Part shown: positions 9,111 to 19,900 of the stretch, piece by piece
Layout: every line of letters starts with the position of its first letter
How positions within the stretch are numbered: position 1 is the first letter of the stretch
IMG/VR virus record: IMGVR_UViG_3300029743_000281
From: a virus
Taxonomy: Duplodnaviria > Heunggongvirae > Uroviricota > Caudoviricetes
Strand: one strand, 5' to 3'
DNA: 64,000 nucleotides
Program-made: the position numbers and the translations under genes
Notes under the pieces: generated by a model
Told to the model about the DNA's origin: nothing
The model's input: only the letters and a program-made list of their open reading frames with translations
Databases searched by the model: none

Positions 9111-10583
9111 TTAGACCTTCTTGACGTAATCGAGGCTGATCCAGCCGTTACGCTTGCTGGCATAGGATTTCAGCAAGCCCCACTTGGATGCGCCCTTGCC
9201 TGTTGCCTCCGCAACAATGGTGAACACACCCTTGCCAGTAAAACCACGGGAACCGTAGTTCGTGCCGGGGCCTTTGCGGATACGTAGGCAGTTAGTGGAC
9301 ACCCGAACCGTGTAAGGCTGGAAGGTAGTGCCGGTGGGATAGACAACCCTGCCATCCTCAGCGAACACAAAATAACCGGGATTCTTATCCGCACATGCCT
9401 TTGCGTTACCAAGGTCACGGAACGCACCCTTCTGGGATGCGGCATCCGACCAGTTCTTGCGCACACGGTACAAGGCCGTAGTGGGCGTAGTGGCTACCGC
9501 CGCATCGTACTGGGTCAGGTTCCACTGCTCAATGACCCGGCAAAGGTTCTGTACATAGTCAAGGCTCGTCGCATAACCGCCGTCCTTGATGATCTGCACG
9601 GCTTTCTTGTAGTCAGTGCAGCCTGCCAGTCCTTCGTACCGCTTTTGGCTGCCGTTCATAGCCCCCAGCAGGTAAGCGGAATGGTCGTTGATAGAGTCCT
9701 CAATGGAACTGTACTTTCGGAAGTCTGCCGTAATGCTCACATAGCTGCCGTCCGTGTTCTGCTCCCCGGTTTTCATCGAATACACGGAATGCCCATCCCA
9801 GGCAGAACCCGACCAGGTATTCCCGGAAAGCGATGCCTTCATGCCAAAACAGTTATTGGCATTCTGTGCCAGCTCAGACTTGCCGTAGCCGGATTCCAGA
9901 ATGAACTGCGCCATGGACACGCTGGCAAGGATGCCAGATTGCTTCTGGTTAGCCATGAACATCGGTGCCACCTTTGCCACGACAGCCGCAGGCTCCATGT
10001 CCTTCAAAGAGGTTGCCTGCAAACCAGTGGACACAGCCGGAGTGCCGAGTGCCGCTGTCACCTTGGCAGCCAGATCACCAAGGCGGCTGTACAGCCAGTC
10101 GCCAGGGCAGGCTTTGTTCGCATACCAGCGGTGGACGGTCAACACCATCTCATCCGGTGCCGGCGCATAGTTCAGCGTCTTGTTCTTGTCCCCCAGCCAG
10201 AGCAGCTTCACCTTACCATTTCGCTTGCAGATATCGGTGCAAAGCTCGATCAGCGAAGTGTACACGGCACTGTTCATAGCATAAGGGTGGGTCAGGTCGC
10301 TGGCGCACTCGATAGTGATAGCCCGCTGGTCGTTTGCCGCACTGGAAGTACACCAGCTCCGGTTCTTCTCCTCGACACAAAGCGACACACGACCGTCCTT
10401 GCCGATGCCGTAGTTACAGCTTGCCTGCCGCGAGGTGCTGATGAAACAGCCACAAATGCTCTCGGCAGAGAGCTGACCCACCACACAGTGCGGGGTGATA
10501 CGGTCGATGCTGTGTGTCCGCAAGCCGGAATGGTTCGGGCTGAGGTTCGTATAAGCCACTAAGGGGCTGTTAGTGTATGCCAT
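9111..10583 (-). CDS. Bifunctional endolysin: N-acetylmuramoyl-L-alanine amidase plus glucosaminidase plus C-terminal SH3-like wall-binding module
   Basis: Amidase_2/PGRP-like 'NYGIGKDGRV...', glucosaminidase 'FILESGYGKSELAQNANNCFGMKA', C-terminal SH3-like. RBS GGAGGAATCTTCT then ATG. Confidence 0.85.
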   Translation of the reverse strand: MAYTNSPLVAYTNLSPNHSGLRTHSIDRITPHCVVGQLSAESICGCFISTSRQASCNYGIGKDGRVSLCVEEKNRSWCTSSAANDQRAITIECASDLTHPYAMNSAVYTSLIELCTDICKRNGKVKLLWLGDKNKTLNYAPAPDEMVLTVHRWYANKACPGDWLYSRLGDLAAKVTAALGTPAVSTGLQATSLKDMEPAAVVAKVAPMFMANQKQSGILASVSMAQFILESGYGKSELAQNANNCFGMKASLSGNTWSGSAWDGHSVYSMKTGEQNTDGSYVSITADFRKYSSIEDSINDHSAYLLGAMNGSQKRYEGLAGCTDYKKAVQIIKDGGYATSLDYVQNLCRVIEQWNLTQYDAAVATTPTTALYRVRKNWSDAASQKGAFRDLGNAKACADKNPGYFVFAEDGRVVYPTGTTFQPYTVRVSTNCLRIRKGPGTNYGSRGFTGKGVFTIVAEATGKGASKWGLLKSYASKRNGWISLDYVKKV

Positions 10584-10651
10584 AGAAGATTCCTCCAATA
10601 GAAAAAAGCCCGGATTTCTCCGGGCCCAGATAGTGTAGATTCGATTCTTGA

Positions 10652-11335
10652 TCAGGGCAGCAGCAGCTTCATGCCAATCAGGATGCAGTTGGACGTCAGC
10701 CCATTCAGCGCCCGGATGTCCGTGTAGCGAGTGCCGCTGCCGAGCTTGCGCTCTGCGATGCGCCAGAGGTTATCACCGGGAGCCACAGTATAGACCTCCC
10801 TGCCAACAAAGGCGTAAGCGTCCTCGGCATTCAGTACATACGCCACGCCGTCTTCTGCCTCCGGGCACTTGATCTTCAGCCAGTCCCCACAGTGTTCCAG
10901 AACATCCACAATGGAGTTCTTGGCGTAAACGGCAACCACTTCTGCATCCAGACTCGGTGTCTTTCGGATGTTCATCAGAGTTTTCAGCTTGCCATAAGCA
11001 ATGGCATCCGGCAAAGGTTCTGCAGACGGAAACTCCTCAAACGGGGTGCCCTCCGAAGGCTGCTCACCTTCCACTGCGGAGTTCTCCTCCGAAGTATTCT
11101 CCTCCGGGAAATCCGTTACAGGCTTCTCCTCAGCGTTCTCCTCCCGGGTCGTAGGCTCATCCGCCGGGTAGATCACCGTGCCGTCCTCGGCGAACACATA
11201 GCTGCCGGGGTTCTCGTCACACTTTGCCTTGGCATTCGCCAGCAGCTTATATGCACCGAGCTGGGATGCGTCATCGTTCCAATCGGCCCGAACACGATAA
11301 TAGCCGGTGTTCAGCTTTGCAGGATATTCGTTCAT
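10652..11335 (-). CDS. Cell-wall-binding protein with SH3-like N-module and C-terminal LysM
   Basis: N-terminal 45 aa nearly identical to the endolysin C-terminal module (YRVRADWND..PGSYVFAEDGTVIYP). LysM 'YTVAPGDNLWRIAERKLGSGTRYTDIRALNGL'. Confidence 0.7.
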   Translation of the reverse strand: MNEYPAKLNTGYYRVRADWNDDASQLGAYKLLANAKAKCDENPGSYVFAEDGTVIYPADEPTTREENAEEKPVTDFPEENTSEENSAVEGEQPSEGTPFEEFPSAEPLPDAIAYGKLKTLMNIRKTPSLDAEVVAVYAKNSIVDVLEHCGDWLKIKCPEAEDGVAYVLNAEDAYAFVGREVYTVAPGDNLWRIAERKLGSGTRYTDIRALNGLTSNCILIGMKLLLP

Positions 11336-11534
11336 AGTCGCTCCTCCATCAAAATTGAGGGAGAGGTTGCCCTCTCCCGATAGACTCCTTCATAAAGCGC
11401 ACAATTTTTTGGCTTTTGGGAGGTACTTTTCAGAAAACTTCTCTCATTATGCTTACTGAAATTCAGCATTTGGTACCCAGTTCTCCAAATTTTCCTCTCA
11501 TAAAGCACAATGAAAATAGCGAAAAGTTGTATAG

Positions 11535-11966
11535 TTACCCTTCTTTTTCGTCATTTTTCTCCGGGACGTGCTTCTCGTTGGTCAGCTGGATCAGCATATC
11601 CTTCAGCTTTTCGGGGATGGGAATACCGATCACAGCAGAATTTTCCAGAATGGACAGACCTTCATTGGACAGGTAGAAGAAGATCACGGCGGTGCGAATC
11701 GCTGCGCCGTTCTGAAGCACCTGCGTATCGATCACATTCGCCATACCTACCAGCAGGAAGATGCACACCTTCTTAGCAATTCCCTTAAAGCCCACTTCGC
11801 TGGACAGTTCCTTGCGGATACCCGCCGCAAGGATGCCGGTGAAGTAGTCGGTCACCACAAAGACGATGAGTGCGTAGAGGAAGCCATCAAAGCCTCCGAA
11901 AAACCAGCCGAGAAAACCGCCCAGTGCCGCAAAAGCAAACTGGAGCTTGTCGATTACATTTTGCAT
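11535..11966 (-). CDS. Phage holin (holin_4_1-like, multi-TM)
   Basis: Hydrophobic 'FAFAALGGFLGWFFGGFDGFLYALIVFVVTDYFTGILAA', immediately upstream of the lysin genes. Confidence 0.7.
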   Translation of the reverse strand: MQNVIDKLQFAFAALGGFLGWFFGGFDGFLYALIVFVVTDYFTGILAAGIRKELSSEVGFKGIAKKVCIFLLVGMANVIDTQVLQNGAAIRTAVIFFYLSNEGLSILENSAVIGIPIPEKLKDMLIQLTNEKHVPEKNDEKEG

Positions 11967-12073
11967 ACTTGTACCTTGCCTTTCCTGCCCTTTGCAGGGC
12001 ATAAAAAATAGGACGGTGCTCCGTCCTTGTGTAATGGTGTTCTATATAAACACAGCCGTGTGGCTGTGGGGTA

Positions 12074-14068
12074 TTAAATGGCGTTCAGCATACGAGCAAG
12101 ACTGGCTCCGATCAGCTCGTGTCCGATGGGATTCGGATGCACACCGTCAACGATATACTCCGCTTTTACCTTGGCATTTTTTGGACTCAGGCCGACCGTC
12201 CAGCCATCCAGTACAGCAAATCCGAACTCATCTCGTGCCACGTCGTAGATAGCCTGTTTGTACTGAGCCAGTGTAGCGCCCACCTTGTTAGCCGCCTCAC
12301 TGGAACGATGGAACGGTGTCAGGAAAACGATGCGCTTGCCGGGATACTTCTCGCAAAGTCCACTGCACAGTACATGAAGGGCTCCATAGAACGATACATC
12401 CGTAGTGTCAGCAATCGTTCCAAGCGCAACGCCTGTGCCGTAATCATTGGTGCCTCCTGCGATCACGACCATGTCTGCCGCAGCGTCCATACTCGAATAT
12501 CGCAGGGAAATTGCACCGGTCGGAGACTGGTACGAGGTACTGGAAATGCTGATGCCAGATACACCATAGTTTCGGCAGGTCGCTCCCAATTGCTCACAGG
12601 CGATTTCGCAATAACGCTTTTCAGCCCGCTTATTGGGAGAAGAACCACCCACAGGGGTATATGCTCCATAAGTGATAGAGTCCCCGATAAAGTTGATGGT
12701 CTTCCCTCTCCAGTTGGAGTTCTGCACCAGCAAAGCCTGTTCAATGGACTCCTTCACGGATTCGTTCCACTGAGCGAGCTTCTCCTCCACAGCCTTGTTC
12801 TGATTGTCAATAGCTGTCTTGTTCTCTGCCACCGCAGTCCGAATCGGCTCCAATTCAGTCTGCTTGTCCTGTTCGATCTTACTCAGAATCGCAGCCTCTC
12901 TCTGGACTGCCCTCCGGTCCCTATCTGCACCCACTCGGTTCAAAAGCTCCGTCAGGCAGTTCATACACGGCGTTCCTTCCGTATCACAAACCACAACCTG
13001 TGCTTTCGCTGCTTCCTCCTCGGTCAGATTGATATAGAGATACTTCGCAGAGCTGCGGTTCCATGCGGCGATCGATGTCAGCATCATAATGCCACCGTCA
13101 TCCATCTCCCTAAAATGCTGAGCAGGAACAATGGACAGTCGTCCGGCATAATGGAAGTCACCCTCCATACCACCCCAATTACCACGCATAATAGCTAGCT
13201 TGCCGCGCAGCCCATAAAAGAGGACATTCAGCTTGGCGTCATGGAGGTTCCCGGTCGGAATCAACAAATAATAGCCTTCGCCATTGGGATCAACACACCC
13301 CGACATATCATCGCTGGTATTCAGCCCACTAACATCAACATGACCCTTGTAAAAGTTACCGTCTCGAATCAAATCATAGTCGTTGCGCCATTCTTCGTGA
13401 ATATACTTTGCAAGACTTCCGTGAGCTACGCCATCCACAGTTTCAGCGTCGGCTCCTGCATAGTAGGCATCCACTGCCTTCAAGCGCTCACTCAGATTGG
13501 CATAGGTTTTTCCATCTGCATCCACACGGGCATCAAGGATTTCCGTATCAGTGGTATTACCACCGACAATACTGTTCATCCGAGCTGTAAGCTGATTCTT
13601 GGTGCTTTCCAGGTCCTTTCTCCCGGTTGCGAGATCATTTCTGGCAGTAGTCACCTGTCCGGTCAGGGTAGTGGTCGTTTCCTGAAGATTTTTGGCAATA
13701 CGCTGCTCGGTAGTTGAGAGTTCCTGACTGATAGCCGTATGCGTATCCGTCAGTTCTTTGCTGATAGCTGTATGAGTTTCCGAAAACTCCCTGCTCATAT
13801 CAGCCTTGGTCTGTGTAAGGTCAGTGTGCATCTGCTCGACATCAGCATCAACATCCTGCTCCAGATTCCGGACCTGTGCGGAATACTCCGAGCAGATTGC
13901 CCAGTATTCCTCGCTGCTCAAAGCAGTACCCGCCGGGACGGACTTACGGCTGATATAGCTGTCGCCTGTCTCCGGCTGATACACGATACTGAGCATCTCG
14001 TACTTGCTTCTCTTATTCCATGTGCCGCAATGCTTCGGCACAATGCGTCCGCCTACGAATTCACCCAT
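12074..14068 (-). CDS. Tail fibre/receptor-binding protein paralog A with C-terminal SGNH/GDSL hydrolase domain
   Basis: Shared N-terminus MGEFVGGRIVPKHCG plus coiled-coil repeats (ETHTAISKELTDTHTAISQELS). C-terminal 'FIGDSITYG...GGTNDY...DGVHPN'. Confidence 0.8.
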   Translation of the reverse strand: MGEFVGGRIVPKHCGTWNKRSKYEMLSIVYQPETGDSYISRKSVPAGTALSSEEYWAICSEYSAQVRNLEQDVDADVEQMHTDLTQTKADMSREFSETHTAISKELTDTHTAISQELSTTEQRIAKNLQETTTTLTGQVTTARNDLATGRKDLESTKNQLTARMNSIVGGNTTDTEILDARVDADGKTYANLSERLKAVDAYYAGADAETVDGVAHGSLAKYIHEEWRNDYDLIRDGNFYKGHVDVSGLNTSDDMSGCVDPNGEGYYLLIPTGNLHDAKLNVLFYGLRGKLAIMRGNWGGMEGDFHYAGRLSIVPAQHFREMDDGGIMMLTSIAAWNRSSAKYLYINLTEEEAAKAQVVVCDTEGTPCMNCLTELLNRVGADRDRRAVQREAAILSKIEQDKQTELEPIRTAVAENKTAIDNQNKAVEEKLAQWNESVKESIEQALLVQNSNWRGKTINFIGDSITYGAYTPVGGSSPNKRAEKRYCEIACEQLGATCRNYGVSGISISSTSYQSPTGAISLRYSSMDAAADMVVIAGGTNDYGTGVALGTIADTTDVSFYGALHVLCSGLCEKYPGKRIVFLTPFHRSSEAANKVGATLAQYKQAIYDVARDEFGFAVLDGWTVGLSPKNAKVKAEYIVDGVHPNPIGHELIGASLARMLNAI

Positions 14069-14148
14069 GATTTCATTCTCCCTTCTGCTTGCTCAAAGGC
14101 TTACCAACGTCTTTTTCGCAAGCAGGGGGGGAGGATGAAAATCAGCTT

Positions 14149-14199
14149 TCAGGAGTACCCCCCCCCGAAAATTTCTTTCACATTATCGTTCATATTCAT
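14149..14199 (-). CDS. Candidate 16-aa upstream ORF (MNMNDNVKEIFGGGYS) spanning the G9 tract
   Basis: RBS GGAGTGATAACA then ATG. The GGG GGG GGG codons coincide with the homopolymer. Confidence 0.3.
   Translation of the reverse strand: MNMNDNVKEIFGGGYS
14158..14166 (-). repeat. Homopolymeric G9 tract (C9 on plus strand) in the fibre A-B intergenic module
   Basis: Read directly. A C7 run on the coding strand 26 nt downstream is its partial complement. Confidence 0.9.
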
Positions 14200-14214
14200 T
14201 GTTATCACTCCATT

Positions 14215-16833
14215 TCACAGAATCAGTCGTTCCAGCAGGCTCTGGAAGGACGCCGCGATGATCTCATGCCCCTTTTCATCGGGATGCACGCCATTGCCAC
14301 CGTCCTTAGAGAATGCGAGCTTGCGGAAATTCTCATCATCGGGTCGCAGGTTGGATTCGTGGTACAGATCCAGGCATGGGATGCTGCGCCGCTTGCAGAT
14401 CTCAACGATTGCCTCCGAGTACTTCGCCATACCGCAGGTTGTCTTAGAAGGCATACTACCGACCCACGGAGTCGGGGTCACGATACCCAGCCGAGCCAGA
14501 GGAATGCGTTCATAGATGGCATCGATGGTTGCGTTGATGCAGCCACATATCGTATCGGTTCCCGTATCCGTAACAGTTCCCAGCGACTGGTCAGACGAGA
14601 GATCGTTGCCGCTGCCAAAGATGGTGATCACATCGGCATCCTCCGGGATATCACTGACGCGCTGGTAAAATGCTCGGTTGATATCTTTCCGACGCATATA
14701 ACCAGTCCCACTGACACCGAGGTTCACAGTCTTAATGCCTGTCTTTTCGGCAATATAATCGAAGTAGTGCTTCGTGGTACGGCTATTGCTTTCCGTCAAG
14801 CTGTCACCAAGGCATACCCATGTGCGACCATACCACTTAGGTTTCATACCGATAAAATAGCCACGAGTCATAGGCTGGATGCCGCAACTCTGCATACCGT
14901 TGATGCAGGCAATCCGAATAGAAGCTGCTCGTGCCGGAGAAGTCACAACCTTATTCTCAATCTTGCGATCAGTATTGCCCGTGTTGTTTTCGCCGCCGAC
15001 TCGATTTCCGTTCACATCGTAAAACGCATAGAGGCCGTACCCTGCTTTTCCGGCTGCGCTGATACAGTACGGTGTATACGGTTCCACAGTGATAGGCTCG
15101 GACAGCCGGTAATTCGTGTTACCAGTCGGATCTTTCACTATAGCACCTGTTGTCGGATTCAGGAGCATTCCGTTGTTTTCGGTAACTTTGACAGCTTCTC
15201 CAATAGCATATTCGTAGTTCTCGTCCACGATTTTGCTTGCCAGATGGTTTTCCAAGCCGGAGATCCTGCTATCGCGTTCTGCCGCCTGTTCTGCTGCTGT
15301 GCCGACCAGCTCTGCCGAAGGATAGCTGATTCGTGTAACCTTTTTGATTACACCCGTGAAATGGTTGTTCTCCACCCATGCGATGCGTACCGTTGCGGCA
15401 GTTGCCGGAACAGGAGAAATGCGGTCACGATAACCCGCAACTCCATCCGTCTTTTCCTGATAGCCGCCAACTACCTTGTCATCCGCATCGTAGAAAGCAT
15501 ACAGATACTTATTCCAGCCGCCGGAAACCGTAAAAGCATACAGTTCACCGGGGTTGACCGGAATCGGATCGGATACACGGAACGCTGTATTCTCGGATGC
15601 CAAGGGATGGACTTCACCCGCCTTCTCATTGATGCAGCGGTTTGCGGTGTAGGTGAACTCCAGTGCCTCACCCTCAACAACGGCGGCACTAAGCAGTGTA
15701 TTCTGCTCCCCGGTTGCCGCTGCAATCAGGTCGGCCTTCGCCTTTTCCAGACCAGTCTCCACCGCAACCATCCGAGATTCAGGTTTCTCGTTTAGCTCAT
15801 TGGTCGGGAAAAGGAAACGAGTCACTTCCTCCACCTTACCCATAAAATTCGAAACCTGAATCCAGGTGATACGCATACTGACTGCCCCACCCGGCGCGAT
15901 TACGATTCGATTCTCGATTTTACCGGACTTGTTATCCGGCGCGATCTCACCAGCGAGAACATTCTCGTCGCTGTCATAGAAGGCATAGTAGTATTTCTTC
16001 CAGCCACTTGACGCGGTGATAATATACACATGGCCTGCCACAACAGGGATCATCTCCGATGTGTGCCAATGGCCGTCGCTTTCATTCGTCAGCGTACCCA
16101 CCGTGCCGTTCAGATTGATGAAGGTCCGGCTCGTGGAAGCAAAGGTCAGTTCCTTTGTCTCACGACCAGTCGCCTCATCCAGAAGCTGGGACACGATTGT
16201 AGTAAGCCAATCATCCCACAGACCGCGTGTCTTTTCCGCAGAGCGCATTGCTTCGCCTAGTGAGGTATGGGTCGTACCCTGGTTGTCCACGCGGGCATCC
16301 AGAATCTCACTGTCAGTGGTCATGCCTCCGGCGATACTGTCCATCCGCTTATTCAGCGTGGTCTTAGCATCATTCAGTTCCTTACGGCCTGTATTCAAAT
16401 CAGTTTGGGCCAGTTCGACCTTGCCGGAAAGAGTTTCTGTAGTCTGCTGCAGGCTCTCCTGCATACGGCTTTCCGTTTCTGTGAGCTCCTGACTGATAGC
16501 CGTATGCGTATCCGTCAGTTCTTTGCTCATGGCTACATGAGTTTCGGAAAACTCCTTGCTCATGTCTGCCTTAGTCTGTGCAAGATCAGTGTGCATCTGT
16601 TGAACATCGGCATCCACATCCAGTTCCAGTTGATGCAGCTGCGCCGAATACTCCGCACAGATAGCCCAGTATTCCGCACTGTCCAACAACGTACCCGCCG
16701 GGACGGACTTGCGGCTGATATAGCTATCGCCCGTCTCCGGCTGGTACACGATACTGAGCATCTCGTACTTGCTGTTCTTGCTCCATACGCCGCAATGCTT
16801 CGGCACAATGCGGCCGCCTACGAATTCACCCAT
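14215..16833 (-). CDS. Tail fibre/receptor-binding protein paralog B (three internal ~100-aa repeat domains plus C-terminal SGNH hydrolase)
   Basis: Same N-terminus. Repeated 'GGWNKYLYAFYD...' domains. C-terminal 'CLGDSLTES...GSGNDL...DGGNGVHPD'. Confidence 0.8.
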   Translation of the reverse strand: MGEFVGGRIVPKHCGVWSKNSKYEMLSIVYQPETGDSYISRKSVPAGTLLDSAEYWAICAEYSAQLHQLELDVDADVQQMHTDLAQTKADMSKEFSETHVAMSKELTDTHTAISQELTETESRMQESLQQTTETLSGKVELAQTDLNTGRKELNDAKTTLNKRMDSIAGGMTTDSEILDARVDNQGTTHTSLGEAMRSAEKTRGLWDDWLTTIVSQLLDEATGRETKELTFASTSRTFINLNGTVGTLTNESDGHWHTSEMIPVVAGHVYIITASSGWKKYYYAFYDSDENVLAGEIAPDNKSGKIENRIVIAPGGAVSMRITWIQVSNFMGKVEEVTRFLFPTNELNEKPESRMVAVETGLEKAKADLIAAATGEQNTLLSAAVVEGEALEFTYTANRCINEKAGEVHPLASENTAFRVSDPIPVNPGELYAFTVSGGWNKYLYAFYDADDKVVGGYQEKTDGVAGYRDRISPVPATAATVRIAWVENNHFTGVIKKVTRISYPSAELVGTAAEQAAERDSRISGLENHLASKIVDENYEYAIGEAVKVTENNGMLLNPTTGAIVKDPTGNTNYRLSEPITVEPYTPYCISAAGKAGYGLYAFYDVNGNRVGGENNTGNTDRKIENKVVTSPARAASIRIACINGMQSCGIQPMTRGYFIGMKPKWYGRTWVCLGDSLTESNSRTTKHYFDYIAEKTGIKTVNLGVSGTGYMRRKDINRAFYQRVSDIPEDADVITIFGSGNDLSSDQSLGTVTDTGTDTICGCINATIDAIYERIPLARLGIVTPTPWVGSMPSKTTCGMAKYSEAIVEICKRRSIPCLDLYHESNLRPDDENFRKLAFSKDGGNGVHPDEKGHEIIAASFQSLLERLIL

Positions 16834-16853
16834 GATTTCATTCTCCTTCCTGC

Positions 16854-16964
16854 TTACATAAAGGCTTCAAAGCGTCTTTGTCGGCAAGCAGGAGGAGGAT
16901 GGAAATCATTTGTCAGGGAGTACCCCCCCCCGGAAATTTTTACCATAATCACGTTCTTATTCAT
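16854..16964 (-). CDS. Candidate 36-aa upstream ORF (MNKNVIMVKISGGGYS...) spanning the second G9 tract
   Basis: RBS AGGAGCTTTC then ATG; homologous to the 14149..14199 uORF. Confidence 0.3.
   Translation of the reverse strand: MNKNVIMVKISGGGYSLTNDFHPPPACRQRRFEAFM
16923..16931 (-). repeat. Homopolymeric G9 tract (C9 on plus strand) in the fibre B-C intergenic module
   Basis: Read directly. The intergenic segment is ~80% identical to 14069..14214. Confidence 0.9.
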
Positions 16965-16977
16965 GAAAGCTCCTATT

Positions 16978-19900
16978 TTAGTTTTGCGGCAGTACACATA
17001 TTGCCATATTTCTAAAAGCAACATCTGCTATCTGCATATATCCTTCAATTGCCGGATGAACACCATTCGTTCCGACTGCCTCGGTAATCTTATTCCTTGT
17101 GTTAACCTGTTTGCTCGTTGCTGGCATATTGTATTCGCTATCAAACTGTGTGGCAACGTTCAAAAACTCCACATAATTCTTAAACTCTTCATCATTTGCC
17201 AAAGACTGATATGCCAAATTCATTCCCATTACGCTCCTACTAAGTGCATAGGGATTAGAATATGCACTATTCGCGCCATAGTTAGCTCCAGTTCCTCCAT
17301 TGAAAGACGGCATTTGAATTCCCATTACCTTTACCTTCGCTTCAGGGAATTCATCATGCAGTTTTCTAATGAACTCTTTCGCATTTTCTACATGAATTTT
17401 GACTGTATAAGCATCGGGTGTAGAGCAATATCCGCCAAGAGCATTCCAGCTGAGCAAGGTATAGACAAAATCTATCCCTGCAAAGCCATTTCTTTCACAA
17501 TATGATTTAAAGCTGATCTTATCTTGCACAGCATCCCAAAACGGATTACCTTCAGCATAACCTGTACTCGTAAAGGCGATTGCTTCCGGGTGAGTCGCAT
17601 TTGACAAATGAGTTAAGTTCCCTCCCCCCACAGGCATTTTACCTGTGTGGTTCTGAAACCTGGTAAACTTAATTCTTTTCTTCTCAATCGTCTCCATTTG
17701 CCAGACATTTCCATTTTCATCACGCCAGAGACTGTGTTGGTCCGTATTGTCTTTGTCATGTGTCGAATACACCCACATTCCGAGACTTGTGTTTGATGGT
17801 TTGGCAAGGTAACTAGCCCAAGTCCAGCCACCATAACCTTCGTAGCCTATTTGGCCTCTTTTCTTTGTTCCAATTAACTCAATATTGTTTCTACCCAGAC
17901 CGCTTGGCGAACCACCCGTTTCGAGGACACGTCTTGCCAATTCAACACACCACTCACCACCTGTCGTCAAGCTGTCCCCTATACATAGAATATTTTTCTT
18001 TTCTATCGGGCTCTGCCCTGCTTTTCTGATAGCAAGAGTAGTCGTTGCAGAGGCAATAATTCGGTCACTGCAATCTCGAACATTCAGCGTCAATTTATGT
18101 TCACCCTCTTGATCAGCTTTAGGTGTCACTTCAAAATAGCGATTTGTATTTTTTCCGATATCACAAATGCACTCCAAATTAAAGTTATATGGATTTGGAT
18201 GTTCTACAATGCCACGGTAGAAAAGTTGCAGTGTATCATCAACAACGCCATATATCTTGTCTGGCAGAACTACTCTCGGAGGAGTTTCAATGTTCAGCTT
18301 TTCAATTTTCTCATCAAAGCCCTGTTTAACACTCGAAATGGTTTCATCGATTGCAAGTTGCTTGATTGCTGCATCAATTCTCTGCTGGACATTTTCGCTT
18401 TGAGGATTGCTCAGTTGGGCTTTATCCAAGAGGTTTTCTACTACCTCAATGACTTGATCAAGCTGATGCTTCCTCAGTTGATATATACTCTCCAGGTACT
18501 CAACAAACATATCAAGTCTATCCTGATTGATCAGCTCTGTATCATGAATTGGAAACCAGTCTTTCAGTTCTTTGTCAACTCTGAACGGTCCATCTCCTGC
18601 CTGACATGTGTAACAGACTGCGCCGTAATCAGGAGGATTAAGATTCTTGCCTGTATTGCCAAACATAACACTAATATGCTGATCACAGGTAAACCCCGCA
18701 TAAAGTTCTACTGAATTCTCATTTTCAATGGGTGTTGAAAAACGAAACTCAATCTTTCTTCTCTCACCAGATTTGATATGGAAACCTTCTCTTGTTTCGT
18801 CTGCAAGAATAGCCCCCTTATGATTGTTTACAGAAACCACACAGCGTATTTTTTCAATATAGGCATTGTTTTCTTTGCGATTTTCTATCGTAAAAACTAG
18901 AGTGTTGAAATGCTTGGCTTTCCCAATTGGAGCTGCCCAACCAGTAAAGGTTGAAGTTGTATAACTCAAAACAGCATAGGATACAGGCACAAGATTTTGC
19001 TCATCCGATACAGCCCATGAATCCTGAAATGAGTTTTTCAGCTTTGCCAAGCTTTCTTTTATATTTTTCTCAACTTCTCGCCACTTTGCTTTATTCGGAT
19101 TATAGCCGGTCAGCCATACAGCCAAATTGTAACGTCCCCCCGTTGAACAATCTTCCATTTTGGCAAACTGACCGTTCGTGGTATACAAACTACCCGAAGT
19201 TGCTTCTTGACTACCAAACACGTTTGTGCAAATCACATCCGCTTGTAGAAGGATGAAGACTTTTCTTCCTTGTTCAAAGAACAACCCATTCACATCACAG
19301 TGAACACGTTTTTCATCGTTAGGCTCAATTGTGACATTGAGGTACTTGTTAAAGGAGATTTTCTCTTCACTAGCATCATCGAATGCTATTGCAACACGAA
19401 TTTGATTGATTCTTTCACTACGTGCCTTGACGATAAATTCAATTCCTGTTACAAGAATACTTTCGTCGATCAAATACGAGGAAACCCAGCCGCTAAAGGT
19501 CGATGAATCATATGGATAGTACAATTCTCCTCCGTGGATTTTCTTTACTTCTGTTTCTAAAAGCTCCTGAACATACTTTTCAGCCAGTTGTTCATGCACA
19601 GCCTCCCGCATCTCACCGGCTCTCAGAGCTCGTATCGCATTTCCAAGAGTATTATGCGTATGACCATACGAATCAACACGAGCATCCAGAATCTCCGCAT
19701 CCGAGGTCTTTCCCCCGGCAATGCTGTCCATCCGTTTGTTCAACGTATCCTTGGCATCCTTCAGTTCCTGCCGGCCGGTGTTCAGGTCGGACTTGGCCTG
19801 TTCGACCTTGCCGGTCAACTCTGAACTGGTCTGTTCCAGATTCTCATTGACTCGCTGTTCTGTTTCCGACAACTCCTGACTGATTGCCTTGTGCGTATCA

